Assembly: GCA_963764625.1 (NCBI GenBank)
Contig: CAVXTH010000008.1
Coordinates: 1 to 64,000 of the forward strand
Length of the DNA stretch: 64,000 bases
Direction of reading: 5' to 3'
Origin: Candidatus Krumholzibacteriota bacterium
GTDB taxonomy: Bacteria; Krumholzibacteriota; Krumholzibacteriia; JAJRXK01
How positions within the stretch are numbered: the stretch's first letter is position 1; every line of letters begins with the position of its first letter. Shown one piece after another: positions 1 to 9,165 of the stretch. The position numbers and the translations under genes are program-made. The notes beneath the pieces were generated by a model. It searched no databases. It was not told the origin of the DNA and worked only from the letters and a program-made list of their open reading frames with translations.

Positions 1-155
1 CCCGCCGCCTGGGCCGGTCGGCGCCGTGGATTTGGGAGCCTCCTGGCGCTGACCGGCCGCTTGGGCTTAACTATGGCCTTCGGCTGTAGCCGTGGCGCCC
101 ATCGCCGCGGGCGCCTCTCCTTCTTTCTTTAGCCGTCCGCCCGCGGGGGCATTTC

Positions 156-1970
156 ATGCAGATTCGCAACGTCGCGATCATCGCCCATGTCGACCACGGA
201 AAGACCACCCTGGTCGACCAGATCCTCCGCCAGTGCCACGTGTTCCGCGAGGGACAACAGGTGCGCGAGCGGATCATGGATTCGAACGATCTCGAACGGG
301 AGCGTGGGATCACAATCACGGCCAAGAATCTCGCTGTCACCTACCGCGACGTCCGCATCAATCTCATCGACACTCCTGGCCACGCGGATTTCGGGGGCGA
401 GGTCGAGCGCGTCTTGAAGATGACCGACGGTGTCCTGCTTTTGGTCGATGCCTTCGAAGGGCCCATGCCCCAGACCCGCTTCGTGCTGCAGAAGGCCTTA
501 CAGTTGGGCCTCAAGCCTTTGGTCGTCATCAACAAAGTCGATCGGGCGGACGCTAGGCCCCACGAGGTGCTCGATGAGGTGTTCAAGCTCTTCTGCGAGC
601 TCGACGCCAGTGACGAACAGCTCGACTTCCGGGGTGTTTATGCCGCGGGTCGAGACGGCTGGGCCGTCGAGGAGCTGGAGGACGAGCGCCGGGACCTCTC
701 GCCCCTACTCGACATGATCGTGAGCCAGATTCCCGCCCCCAAAGTGGAAGAGGGGCCGCTGCAGATGCTGATCGCTGCGATGGACCACAGCGATTTCGTC
801 GGGAGGATCGGCATCGGACGCATCGTGCGCGGCAGTCTCCACGCCACCGAACGCGTGGTCCTTCTCAAGAGAGACGGCGGCATCACGAAAACCGCGGTGA
901 AACAGCTCTTCGTGTTCGACAACCTGAGCCGCAAGCAGGTGGACGAGGTGCGCTGCGGAGACATCTGCGCGGTGGTCGGTCTGGAAGGAGTGGACCTCGG
1001 CGACACCCTGGCCGATTTCGAGAACCCAGAGGCCCTGGCTCTCATCGCGGTCGACGAGCCCACCCTGCGCATGCGCTTCATGACCAACGACGGCCCCTTC
1101 TTCGGCCGGGACGGGAAGTACGTCAACAGCCGGCAGCTACGGGAACGGCTCTACCGTGAGACCGAACGTGACGTGGCTCTGTCGGTGACCGATACCGTCA
1201 CGAAAGATGCCTTCGAGGTGAACGGACGGGGCATCCTGCATCTTTCCATTCTCATGGAAACGATGCGTCGCGAGGGTTACGAGTTCATGGTGGGCCAGCC
1301 GCGCGTCATCTATAAAGAACTCGCCGGCCGCAAGACGGAACCCATCGAGATTCTCTCGGTGGATGTTCCCACCGAATTCGCCGGTACCGTCATCGAGTAC
1401 GCGGCCACTCGCAAAGGCGAGATGATCTCGATGGAACAGAGCGAGGGACGCAGCCGGCTCGAATTCCACATTCCGAGCCGCGGCCTGATCGGCTTCCGCA
1501 GTCGCATGATGCAGTCCACCGGCGGGGAAATCGTGATGCACCATCGCTTCTACGGCTACGAGTACTTCAAGGGAAGTATCCCTCAGCGGCAGAACGGCAG
1601 CATCATCAGTCTGGGGCAGGGACCCGCCGTCGCCTTCGCGCTCGACGCTCTTCAGGATCGCGGCCGGTTTTTCGTGCAGCCCGGCGACGAACTCTACCAG
1701 GGGCAGGTCATCGGAGCGAACAGCAAGGAAGGCGACCTGGTAGTGAACGCCCAGAAGGCCAAGCAACTCACGAACCTGCGGGCGGCAGCCGCCGATCGAA
1801 AGATGAAACTGGCCCCCGCGCTGAACCTGAGCCTCGAAGAGGCGCTCGAATACATCAACGACGACGAATACCTCGAAGTCACCCCCAAGCACTTACGTTT
1901 GCGCAAGGCCCTCCTGAGCGAGAACGCACGCAAGAAGGCGAAGAAAGCGGTCCCGCAGGGCGAGGAATAG
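156..1970 (+). CDS. typA: Translational GTPase TypA/BipA
   Basis: RNVAIIAHVDHGKTTLVD G1 motif, DTPGHADFGGEVER, NKVD, and BipA C-terminal 'LEEALEYINDDEYLEVTP'; 604 aa. Confidence 0.97.
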   Translation: MQIRNVAIIAHVDHGKTTLVDQILRQCHVFREGQQVRERIMDSNDLERERGITITAKNLAVTYRDVRINLIDTPGHADFGGEVERVLKMTDGVLLLVDAFEGPMPQTRFVLQKALQLGLKPLVVINKVDRADARPHEVLDEVFKLFCELDASDEQLDFRGVYAAGRDGWAVEELEDERRDLSPLLDMIVSQIPAPKVEEGPLQMLIAAMDHSDFVGRIGIGRIVRGSLHATERVVLLKRDGGITKTAVKQLFVFDNLSRKQVDEVRCGDICAVVGLEGVDLGDTLADFENPEALALIAVDEPTLRMRFMTNDGPFFGRDGKYVNSRQLRERLYRETERDVALSVTDTVTKDAFEVNGRGILHLSILMETMRREGYEFMVGQPRVIYKELAGRKTEPIEILSVDVPTEFAGTVIEYAATRKGEMISMEQSEGRSRLEFHIPSRGLIGFRSRMMQSTGGEIVMHHRFYGYEYFKGSIPQRQNGSIISLGQGPAVAFALDALQDRGRFFVQPGDELYQGQVIGANSKEGDLVVNAQKAKQLTNLRAAAADRKMKLAPALNLSLEEALEYINDDEYLEVTPKHLRLRKALLSENARKKAKKAVPQGEE

Positions 1971-2016
1971 ACGCCGCGCGACGGCGAGGTCTCGGTCGGC
2001 GCTTTCGATTCCAGTC

Positions 2017-3078
2017 TCACATGAAGCGTTTGAAGAAGCCCAACACGCCCTGGTCCCAACCCACGCGGTGAGTGACCCCGGGACGGCTATGGGCCAGCTC
2101 GTCCTTGTGGGCGAGATACCACTTGTGGGAAGTGATCAAGGCCTGCGAATTCGAGTACTTGGGCTTCCAACCCAAGAGTTTCTCGATCTTCTCGGTGGAC
2201 ACGTAGCTGTCCTTGTCGGCGGTTCCGTACACCCACTTGTAGAGCGGAGAGACGTGGATGAACTCGAAGAAGGCCAGTGCCGGTTTCACCAGCGCGGCCG
2301 GCACCGGCTTCACCTTGGCACCGTTGCCCGCGAACTCACAGAGATCTCCCACATCCTGCCGCACCTGTTGAAAGCGCTTCGCGCCCACGTTGAAGGTGTC
2401 GTTTGCGATTTCATGAGGTGAGGAGGCGGCGAGTGCGATCGCTTCCGTGAGATCGGTGACTTCGAGAAGTTGGTAGCGGTTGAACCCTTTTCCGATGATC
2501 GGGATGTGCTTGCCCGAATCGACCCAATCGTACAGGATCTGGAACACGCCCAATCGCGCGGTTCCAATGAAGGTCTTGGGGCGAATGATGGCGATGCTCA
2601 TTCCCCGTTGGCGAAACTCCTCGCAAATCTGCTCGCCCAGAATCTTCGCCTCTCCGTAGGCTCCTACCCCTTCCACCGGATCGCTTTCTACCAGGGGGTG
2701 CTTTTCGGGCACCCCATATACCGCGGTGGAGGAAATGAACACGAAACGCTCGACTCCACATTCTTCCGCCACTTCCAGAGTGGTGCGCAGCCCCCCCACA
2801 TTCGTGGAGAAGATCTCCTCTTTCTTCCACAGGGGCAGCGCGGCCGCGGTGTGAACGATCACGTTGATCTTCTCGTCGCGAATCAGTCGGCGCATGGCCT
2901 CCTTGTCGCGAACGTCGGCGTTCACCAGAGTGGAACCCTGCGGATATTCGTCCGCAAAGAAGGGAGCAATGTCGTTGAATGCCATGTGAGCGACACCGAA
3001 AGCCGGAAGCTCCTGGGCCAGGTGATAACCCAGGAAACCGGCGCCGCCCGTGACGAGGATGCGTTTGTCATTCAGCAT
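2017..3078 (-). CDS. NAD-dependent epimerase/dehydratase (extended SDR, 3-beta-HSD-like)
   Basis: ILVTGGAGFLG Rossmann motif, ISSTAVYG, catalytic YGEAK; start reset to ATG at 3078 (MLNDKRILV). Confidence 0.88.
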   Translation of the reverse strand: MLNDKRILVTGGAGFLGYHLAQELPAFGVAHMAFNDIAPFFADEYPQGSTLVNADVRDKEAMRRLIRDEKINVIVHTAAALPLWKKEEIFSTNVGGLRTTLEVAEECGVERFVFISSTAVYGVPEKHPLVESDPVEGVGAYGEAKILGEQICEEFRQRGMSIAIIRPKTFIGTARLGVFQILYDWVDSGKHIPIIGKGFNRYQLLEVTDLTEAIALAASSPHEIANDTFNVGAKRFQQVRQDVGDLCEFAGNGAKVKPVPAALVKPALAFFEFIHVSPLYKWVYGTADKDSYVSTEKIEKLLGWKPKYSNSQALITSHKWYLAHKDELAHSRPGVTHRVGWDQGVLGFFKRFM

Positions 3079-3208
3079 GGAGGAGCCTCGTGGACAAGGG
3101 ATTGGTACCGAATTTGAGCACCGCATATATAATACGCAAAGAGACCCAAAGCCACTGAACCTCGCCCGAGAGCCGAAATCGTCGGCGAGGGCGCGCACTT
3201 CGAGTCTC

Positions 3209-4909
3209 TCACGCCTCCGGCGAAGACGCGGGATGAGCACTGACGAGCGGCAGATACACGCAAAAGGTGGTGCCCTTTCCGAGGCCGCTGCGAACGGAGA
3301 CTCCTCCGCCCAGACGAGTGGCGATGTGCTTGACGATGCTCAAGCCCAGGCCGGTCCCTCCCTGTTCGCGCGAGCGCGCGGTATCCACTCGATAGAAGCG
3401 CTCGAAGATGCGGCTTAAGTGTTCGTTCGAGATCCCGATGCCGCTGTCCTCCACCTCGGCCCAACCCAGTCCCCGCTCTTCCCGCAGACGCATCGTGATG
3501 CGCCCCCCTTCGGGGGTGTAGCGGACGGCATTGCTCAGAAGGTTGTCGAAGACTTGGCGCAGCGCCTCGCCGTCGCCTTCCACCCAGACCGGCTCCTCGG
3601 GTAATTCGGTGGTGAGACTCAGTTCTTTCTCCTGCACCGGTAAGGAGAATCGTTCGAAGGCGTCGAGGATGGGCTGTCGCAAATCGAGCTCCTCTCTCGC
3701 CAACGGCAGATCCTCGCTCTCGAAACGTGAGAGCGCGATCAAGTCGCGCACCAGGTTTCCCAATCGTTTCGTCTGATCGAACATCCGCAGAAGGAAGTGT
3801 TCCTGCGTTTCACTCGTCATGGTGGGATCATCGATCATGGTTTCCACGATGCCCTGGATGGCCGACAGGGGCGTTTTGATTTCGTGCGAGACGTTGGCTA
3901 CGAAATCCTGCCGCACACTCTCGAGATGGCGCAATCGGGTCAGGTCGTGAAACACCAGCACTGCTCCACCCATCGTGCCTTCGGCTTCTTCGAGGGGAGC
4001 CGCTCGCAGTTCCAGAATCCGTTTACCGGTTCCAGACTTCGCATCGTCGCGGAGCGTGATCTCCGTCTCGGTCACCTCGGTCAGAGCCGAATCGAGGGCG
4101 TCGAGAATCTCGGAATTGCGCAGTACCTTCCACACGGGAACCCCGATGCACCGCGCGGGATCCAGCTCGAAGAGCGTCCCCGCCGCCGCGTTCATGTGGA
4201 CCACTCGCTGCTGCGCGTCGACCGCGACCACGCCGTCGCTCATGCTCGAGAGGATCGTGGCCAATCGCTCGCGACTCCCAGCTGCCTCGACTTCCGCGGC
4301 CTTGGTGCGAGCCGAGAAAGGGCGAAGCGCGCCGCGCACCAGGTAGAGTCCGAGAAGGAGGCTGATCCCGCCCAGGACGAGAGCCTCCGCCAGGATAATC
4401 CTGCGCGTGGCCTGAAATTCGCGCGAGACTCTCGCCGTGGGAATGGAGGTACGCACGAATCCGCACGGCCCCCCGCCGCATTGCAAGCGCAAGGCGCAGT
4501 ACATCGTCATCTGCTGCTGGGTAGTGCTGAAGCGGCTTGCGAAACCGATTCCGTCGGTGGATGCCTGAACGATCTCCTCCCGCTGCCGGTGGTTTTCCAT
4601 CTGGGCGGGATCGGCCGCCGAATCCGCCGCCACCTCACCGTCCTCCTCAAGGACCGTGACTCTCAAGTCTCCGGAGGGATCAATCCCGGCCACGAGTCCC
4701 TGGAGAGCGCGGAGCGATGAGCCTTGCGCCGAATTGGAGAGCGCTAACCGCGCGATGATCTCGGCTTCCTCGCGCAATTGGTCCTTGGTGCGGGCCAGGG
4801 ACTCTCGCTGGATGTTGCTCGATATCGTCGCCCCCACCGTGATACTCACCAGGAGCACGAGCAAAATGTAGCCAATGGAAAAACGCTTCAGCTGGGATTG
4901 AGGAGTCAT
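3209..4909 (-). CDS. PhoR-like membrane sensor histidine kinase (2 TM, PAS, HisKA, HATPase)
   Basis: DFVANVSHEIKTPL H-box, NLLSNAVRY, FERFYRVDTARSREQGGTGLGLSI; periplasmic 'MENHRQREEI' motif typical of PhoR homologues. Confidence 0.9.
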   Translation of the reverse strand: MTPQSQLKRFSIGYILLVLLVSITVGATISSNIQRESLARTKDQLREEAEIIARLALSNSAQGSSLRALQGLVAGIDPSGDLRVTVLEEDGEVAADSAADPAQMENHRQREEIVQASTDGIGFASRFSTTQQQMTMYCALRLQCGGGPCGFVRTSIPTARVSREFQATRRIILAEALVLGGISLLLGLYLVRGALRPFSARTKAAEVEAAGSRERLATILSSMSDGVVAVDAQQRVVHMNAAAGTLFELDPARCIGVPVWKVLRNSEILDALDSALTEVTETEITLRDDAKSGTGKRILELRAAPLEEAEGTMGGAVLVFHDLTRLRHLESVRQDFVANVSHEIKTPLSAIQGIVETMIDDPTMTSETQEHFLLRMFDQTKRLGNLVRDLIALSRFESEDLPLAREELDLRQPILDAFERFSLPVQEKELSLTTELPEEPVWVEGDGEALRQVFDNLLSNAVRYTPEGGRITMRLREERGLGWAEVEDSGIGISNEHLSRIFERFYRVDTARSREQGGTGLGLSIVKHIATRLGGGVSVRSGLGKGTTFCVYLPLVSAHPASSPEA

Positions 4910-5619
4910 TCCTCGGCAGCATCTTCCCGGAACCGGTAGCCGATTCCACGGATGGTTTCGACGAGTTCCCGCGCGGCGCCGAGCTTTTTGCGAACCGAGC
5001 GAATGTGTACGTCGACGTTTCTTTCCGTCACCACCACCTCGTCTCCCAGGACCCGGGAGATGAGCTGATCTCGGGTGAACACTCTGCCCGGCCTCGAGGC
5101 CAGGACGCTCACGAGCCGAAACTCGGTGGGGGTGAGGTCAACTTTCTTGCCGTCGACTCGAAGCTCGTGCCGCGGGGGATCGATGACGAGCCGCTCCCTC
5201 ACGATCCGCTCGTCAGCATTGGACTCGTGGCGGATCTTCGCACGGCGAAGAACCGCTTTGATCCGCGCGATGAGTTCGCGCGGGCTAAAGGGCTTGATGA
5301 TGTAATCGTCCGCCCCCACGCCCAACCCCAAGACAATCTCACTCTCGTCGCCGCGGGCGGTCACCATGATCACCGGAATGGCGCGCGTTTGGGGGTCGTA
5401 CTTGATCGAACGGCAGATCTCGACGCCGTCCATTCCCGGCAGCATGATGTCCAAAAGAACGATGTTGGGAAGATGAGTCCGAAGGAGCGCGAGCCCGGCC
5501 TCTCCGTCTTCGGATTCGAGAACTTTGAATCCCTCACGCTCGAGGTTGTACCGCAGGATCTCGCGCAGATCGGGCTCATCTTCCACGATCAGAACCGTGG
5601 TCGTCTCTCGTTCAAGCAT
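4906..5619 (-). CDS. PhoB/OmpR-family response regulator
   Basis: REC domain (VEDE, LLDIMLPG, GADDYIIKPF) plus wHTH (ERNVDVHIRSVRKKLG, ETIRGIGY); 4-nt overlap with the kinase. Confidence 0.93.
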   Translation of the reverse strand: MLERETTTVLIVEDEPDLREILRYNLEREGFKVLESEDGEAGLALLRTHLPNIVLLDIMLPGMDGVEICRSIKYDPQTRAIPVIMVTARGDESEIVLGLGVGADDYIIKPFSPRELIARIKAVLRRAKIRHESNADERIVRERLVIDPPRHELRVDGKKVDLTPTEFRLVSVLASRPGRVFTRDQLISRVLGDEVVVTERNVDVHIRSVRKKLGAARELVETIRGIGYRFREDAAEE

Positions 5620-5662
5620 CCTCTGCAGACTCCGAAAGAGAGTTAAGTTCCAGCTGGACTTT

Positions 5663-5710
5663 AGGATAGCGCCCGTCCGGAATCAATGAATGAAGATTTG
5701 ATGAGGATTT
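5663..5710 (-). promoter_or_regulatory. Putative promoter with an 11-bp tandem direct repeat (pho-box-like) upstream of the response regulator
   Basis: Minus strand reads AAATCCTCATC AAATCTTCATT (5710-5689), then TTCATT-N16-TATCCT (-10 at 5668-5663). Confidence 0.5.
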
Positions 5711-8700
5711 CAGCCCAAGTCCAGACCGGAGACCGCCGAGGAGTCGCCGCCCTGCACGCGATGCCGGGCAGCGAAGGCTCGGATCCTGGCCAGGAAGGCG
5801 CGCCAAATCCAACAGAGCCGCACCCCCAGATAGTAGAGCGCGGGAATGGCGATGAGGATGAGGACGGTCGAGGAAAGAAGGCCCCCGATCGAGGAGAGCG
5901 CCAGATTCTCCCAGATTTCCTGCCCCTCGCCGCTGTCCGCGAGCACCGGGAAGAGATGCACCAGCCAATTCACCACCGAGTTGGCGTGCTGGGGGCCGAG
6001 GAACGAGAGCCAGCCCAAGATCCTGGTCTCCGAGAGGAGAAGCGGGACGAGTCCCAGTACCGTGGTGCCGCTGGTCAGGAGAATCGAACGGAGCCGAACG
6101 CTCACCCCCCGGCTCACCGCGCGGCGCAAGAGCCCGGGGCGCTCCTTCGGGGGCAACATCCACAAATCGCTTCCCCCGAGTTCCTTGATCATGCCGGGAA
6201 AGAGCGATGCCTCGCGCTGGGGTGAGCCGCCCAATTTTGCTTTCAGAATGAGACTGCTCTCGTGCCGGAATCGGCTGACGAGCAGAATGGCGTTGTTCAC
6301 CACGATTCCGAACAACAAGACCAGGCCGATTCGGGCCGACGAATCGAAGGGCGTGTTGCTCTTCCAGTAGGTCAGCACCACCCCCACCAAACCCATGGGG
6401 ATGGAAAACGCAACCAGAAGGGGAAGCGAGACGCTCTCGAACAGGGCCGCCATCACCATGAATATGAACGCCGCAGCCAAAGCGAGGGTCAGGGTGAGTT
6501 CTTCTTCCTCCTCCGGGGTAAAGAAGGTCTGCTCGCTTTCCTCAGCTTCGTATCCGTAGGGAAGATCCAAACCCGCGAGGACGTTCTTGATGTAGGCCTC
6601 CCGCATGCGATCGGTTCCGATGTACTCCCAATTCACAAATACGCTGTAACGCTGGTTTTCGCGGGTGACATCCCCGGGGATGTCTTCTTTCGAGAGAGTG
6701 ACGAGTTCACCCAGGCGCACTCGTTCGCCGCTGGGCGTGCGGATGAGAGTCTGAGCCAGCGCGTCGTAGTCCATCGTTTCGGAGTCGTCGAAGCTCAGGA
6801 GAACCCGCTCCTGCTTGCCTTCGAACATCATCGACCAGGGTATGTCCACCCCGATGAGTCTCCTCACACTGGCGACCAGTTGCGAGACGCTCATCTGGTA
6901 CGAGGCCAGACGTTCGCGGTCGATACTGATGACGCTTTCTTCAGGAGGCGTGGCGCGGAACTGCGAAGAGGTCGAGATCCGCGCGTTACGCACACGACGC
7001 TGCCGACGGACGACGTTGACCGCATCATCGGCGATTTGGTCCAATTTGTAGGAGTTGTACCCGGTGATCTTGATGAGACTGTTGCCCGAAGCTCCGCGGA
7101 GATTCCCGCGAAAGTACGGGGTATCGGCGAAACCGCGAATGAAGACGTTTGCCCCCGCGGTCTGATCCGCAACCGCCACGAGCTCGGCCCGGTAGCGCAG
7201 AGGGATCTCCGTTTTGACCACGTCGTCGTCGAAGTCGATCTCGATGAGGGCGATGCTTCCGAAGCACCTGGCACGCGCGTGGACGCCCGGCGCGACCGGC
7301 ATGATAGAGTCTTCGAATTTCTGTAGAATATCCGAGGTCGTCTCGATTCTGGTGCCCGCCGGCATTCGCAAGAACAAGAGAATCTGCTGCGGATCGGGGA
7401 AATGGAAAAACCCTGCCTTGTCCACTTTCTTGTCGTAGGTCGTCCAGCTGTAGAAGAAGAGCAATCCCAAGAGTGGGACGATGACCCACCACAGCCGTTG
7501 GTTCCATTCGATGATCTTCTCGAAGAAGCTGGGCGGGCGCTCGAGGTCGGGAATCTCCTCCACGAAGCTTCCCAGCTCATTCTCGTCGACGCATTCCCTA
7601 GCACCTTCCGGAGACTTGCGCACGACCGAGCGAACCCAACCCTGGTTGAGCACCATCGGAATCCAACCGAACGCCACGAAAAGGGAAGCGCCCATGGCCA
7701 TGGCGACCGCCACCGCCAACGGCACGTAGAACAGAGCCAGCCGCCCCGAGAGGAAGATGAACGAGAGGAATGCCACGATGGTGGTAAGCGTCGTCGCCAT
7801 GACGGGAAAAAGCACCTCTTGGGTGCCGGCCACGATGTTTCGGGCCGCGATCTCGAGCTTGTCTTTGCGACTCAGACCCGCCGCGTTGGCCCGATCCAGA
7901 CTTTCCAGGCGCCGGTGAATGGAATCCAAGACTAGAATGGAATTGTCCAAGAGGAGTCCGAAGCAGATCGTGAGGCCACTGATCGTGATGAAGTTCACCG
8001 AGATGTGAAAAAAATAGAAAAGGCTCAGACAGATGACGATGGAGAAGAGAATGCTGCCGATGACGATGGCGGTGAGCCGAATTTGTTTCAGACTGAGAGC
8101 CAACAGCAGAAAGAGCACCACCAGGATGATGATGCTGCGCACCACGAGATCCTCGAGCTTGTCCCGTAGCTCCTTCCCCTGGTCGGTCTGCACTTCGTAG
8201 TCGACCGGGAAGGGGACCCGCGATTTGATGATGGGAAGCTGCTTCTTCAGATTCCGGCTGACGGTGACCGTGTTCGCCCCGCTGCGCTTCTCGACGATCA
8301 CATCGACCACGTTCTTACCGTTCGTACGCACCAGAACGGTAGGATCCTCGAACGAAGGGGTCACCGTTCCGAGCATCCCCAGCGTGTACTCGCGTCCACC
8401 GCGACGCGCGACCAATTCCTGCGGCAGGTTCGCGATGGTCACCGGGTCGCGCAGGGACACCAGTTTTTCCAGGCCGAACTGGTTGATGGTGCCGGCGCCC
8501 GAGAGATCGTCGAGCTGCGAGACCACGCGAAACACCTCTTCGGCCGTGATTCCGTAGAGATTCAGCTTGGTCCGGTCGAGAGTGATACGGAGAAGTTTCC
8601 GCGCGCCTCCGCGGACTTGCGCGTCCGCAACCCCGTCGACGGCCAAAACCTGGGGGAGAATCCAGGTCTCGGCTCGTTCGCGTAGCTCGTTCGCGCTGAG

Positions 8701-9141
8701 CGTCGATTGCAGGCTGAAGACAAAGAATTCCTTGGTCTGCACTTCCTCGGGGACGAACGCGACGATCTGCGGTTGGGTGGCCGTCAGTGGCAAATTGCGC
8801 CGCACCGTACCCAGCTGCTCGTTCAAATCCAGGCGGGCAAAGTCGAGCTCTCGGTCGCGGGAGAATTCCACCTCCACCCGAGATTGCCCCATGCTCGAGG
8901 TGGATTTCACGTTCTCGACGCCCTTAACCTTCCGTACCGCCTCCTCGATGGGCAGAGTGATCGCTCTCTGGATCGACTTGGGAGAGGCTCCGTTCCAACT
9001 CGTGGTCACGGTGAGACTGGGCAGCGCCACCTCGGGCATCGCTTCCACTTTCAGCTTGGGAAGCGAGTAGATTCCCATCACCACGAATGCCGTGAACAGC
9101 ATCCAGGTGGTCACGGGATGGCGTACGAAGAACCGTGTCAC
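5710..9141 (-). CDS. RND efflux permease (AcrB/AcrD/AcrF family), subunit 2
   Basis: MTRFFVRHPV start, two large periplasmic loops, GLLLDNSILV (TM4), GIVVNNAILLV (TM10), RLRSILLTSGTT (TM11); 1143 aa. Confidence 0.93.
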   Translation of the reverse strand: MTRFFVRHPVTTWMLFTAFVVMGIYSLPKLKVEAMPEVALPSLTVTTSWNGASPKSIQRAITLPIEEAVRKVKGVENVKSTSSMGQSRVEVEFSRDRELDFARLDLNEQLGTVRRNLPLTATQPQIVAFVPEEVQTKEFFVFSLQSTLSANELRERAETWILPQVLAVDGVADAQVRGGARKLLRITLDRTKLNLYGITAEEVFRVVSQLDDLSGAGTINQFGLEKLVSLRDPVTIANLPQELVARRGGREYTLGMLGTVTPSFEDPTVLVRTNGKNVVDVIVEKRSGANTVTVSRNLKKQLPIIKSRVPFPVDYEVQTDQGKELRDKLEDLVVRSIIILVVLFLLLALSLKQIRLTAIVIGSILFSIVICLSLFYFFHISVNFITISGLTICFGLLLDNSILVLDSIHRRLESLDRANAAGLSRKDKLEIAARNIVAGTQEVLFPVMATTLTTIVAFLSFIFLSGRLALFYVPLAVAVAMAMGASLFVAFGWIPMVLNQGWVRSVVRKSPEGARECVDENELGSFVEEIPDLERPPSFFEKIIEWNQRLWWVIVPLLGLLFFYSWTTYDKKVDKAGFFHFPDPQQILLFLRMPAGTRIETTSDILQKFEDSIMPVAPGVHARARCFGSIALIEIDFDDDVVKTEIPLRYRAELVAVADQTAGANVFIRGFADTPYFRGNLRGASGNSLIKITGYNSYKLDQIADDAVNVVRRQRRVRNARISTSSQFRATPPEESVISIDRERLASYQMSVSQLVASVRRLIGVDIPWSMMFEGKQERVLLSFDDSETMDYDALAQTLIRTPSGERVRLGELVTLSKEDIPGDVTRENQRYSVFVNWEYIGTDRMREAYIKNVLAGLDLPYGYEAEESEQTFFTPEEEEELTLTLALAAAFIFMVMAALFESVSLPLLVAFSIPMGLVGVVLTYWKSNTPFDSSARIGLVLLFGIVVNNAILLVSRFRHESSLILKAKLGGSPQREASLFPGMIKELGGSDLWMLPPKERPGLLRRAVSRGVSVRLRSILLTSGTTVLGLVPLLLSETRILGWLSFLGPQHANSVVNWLVHLFPVLADSGEGQEIWENLALSSIGGLLSSTVLILIAIPALYYLGVRLCWIWRAFLARIRAFAARHRVQGGDSSAVSGLDLG

Positions 9142-9165
9142 CTCAGCCTCTCGTTCTCGAGACTC

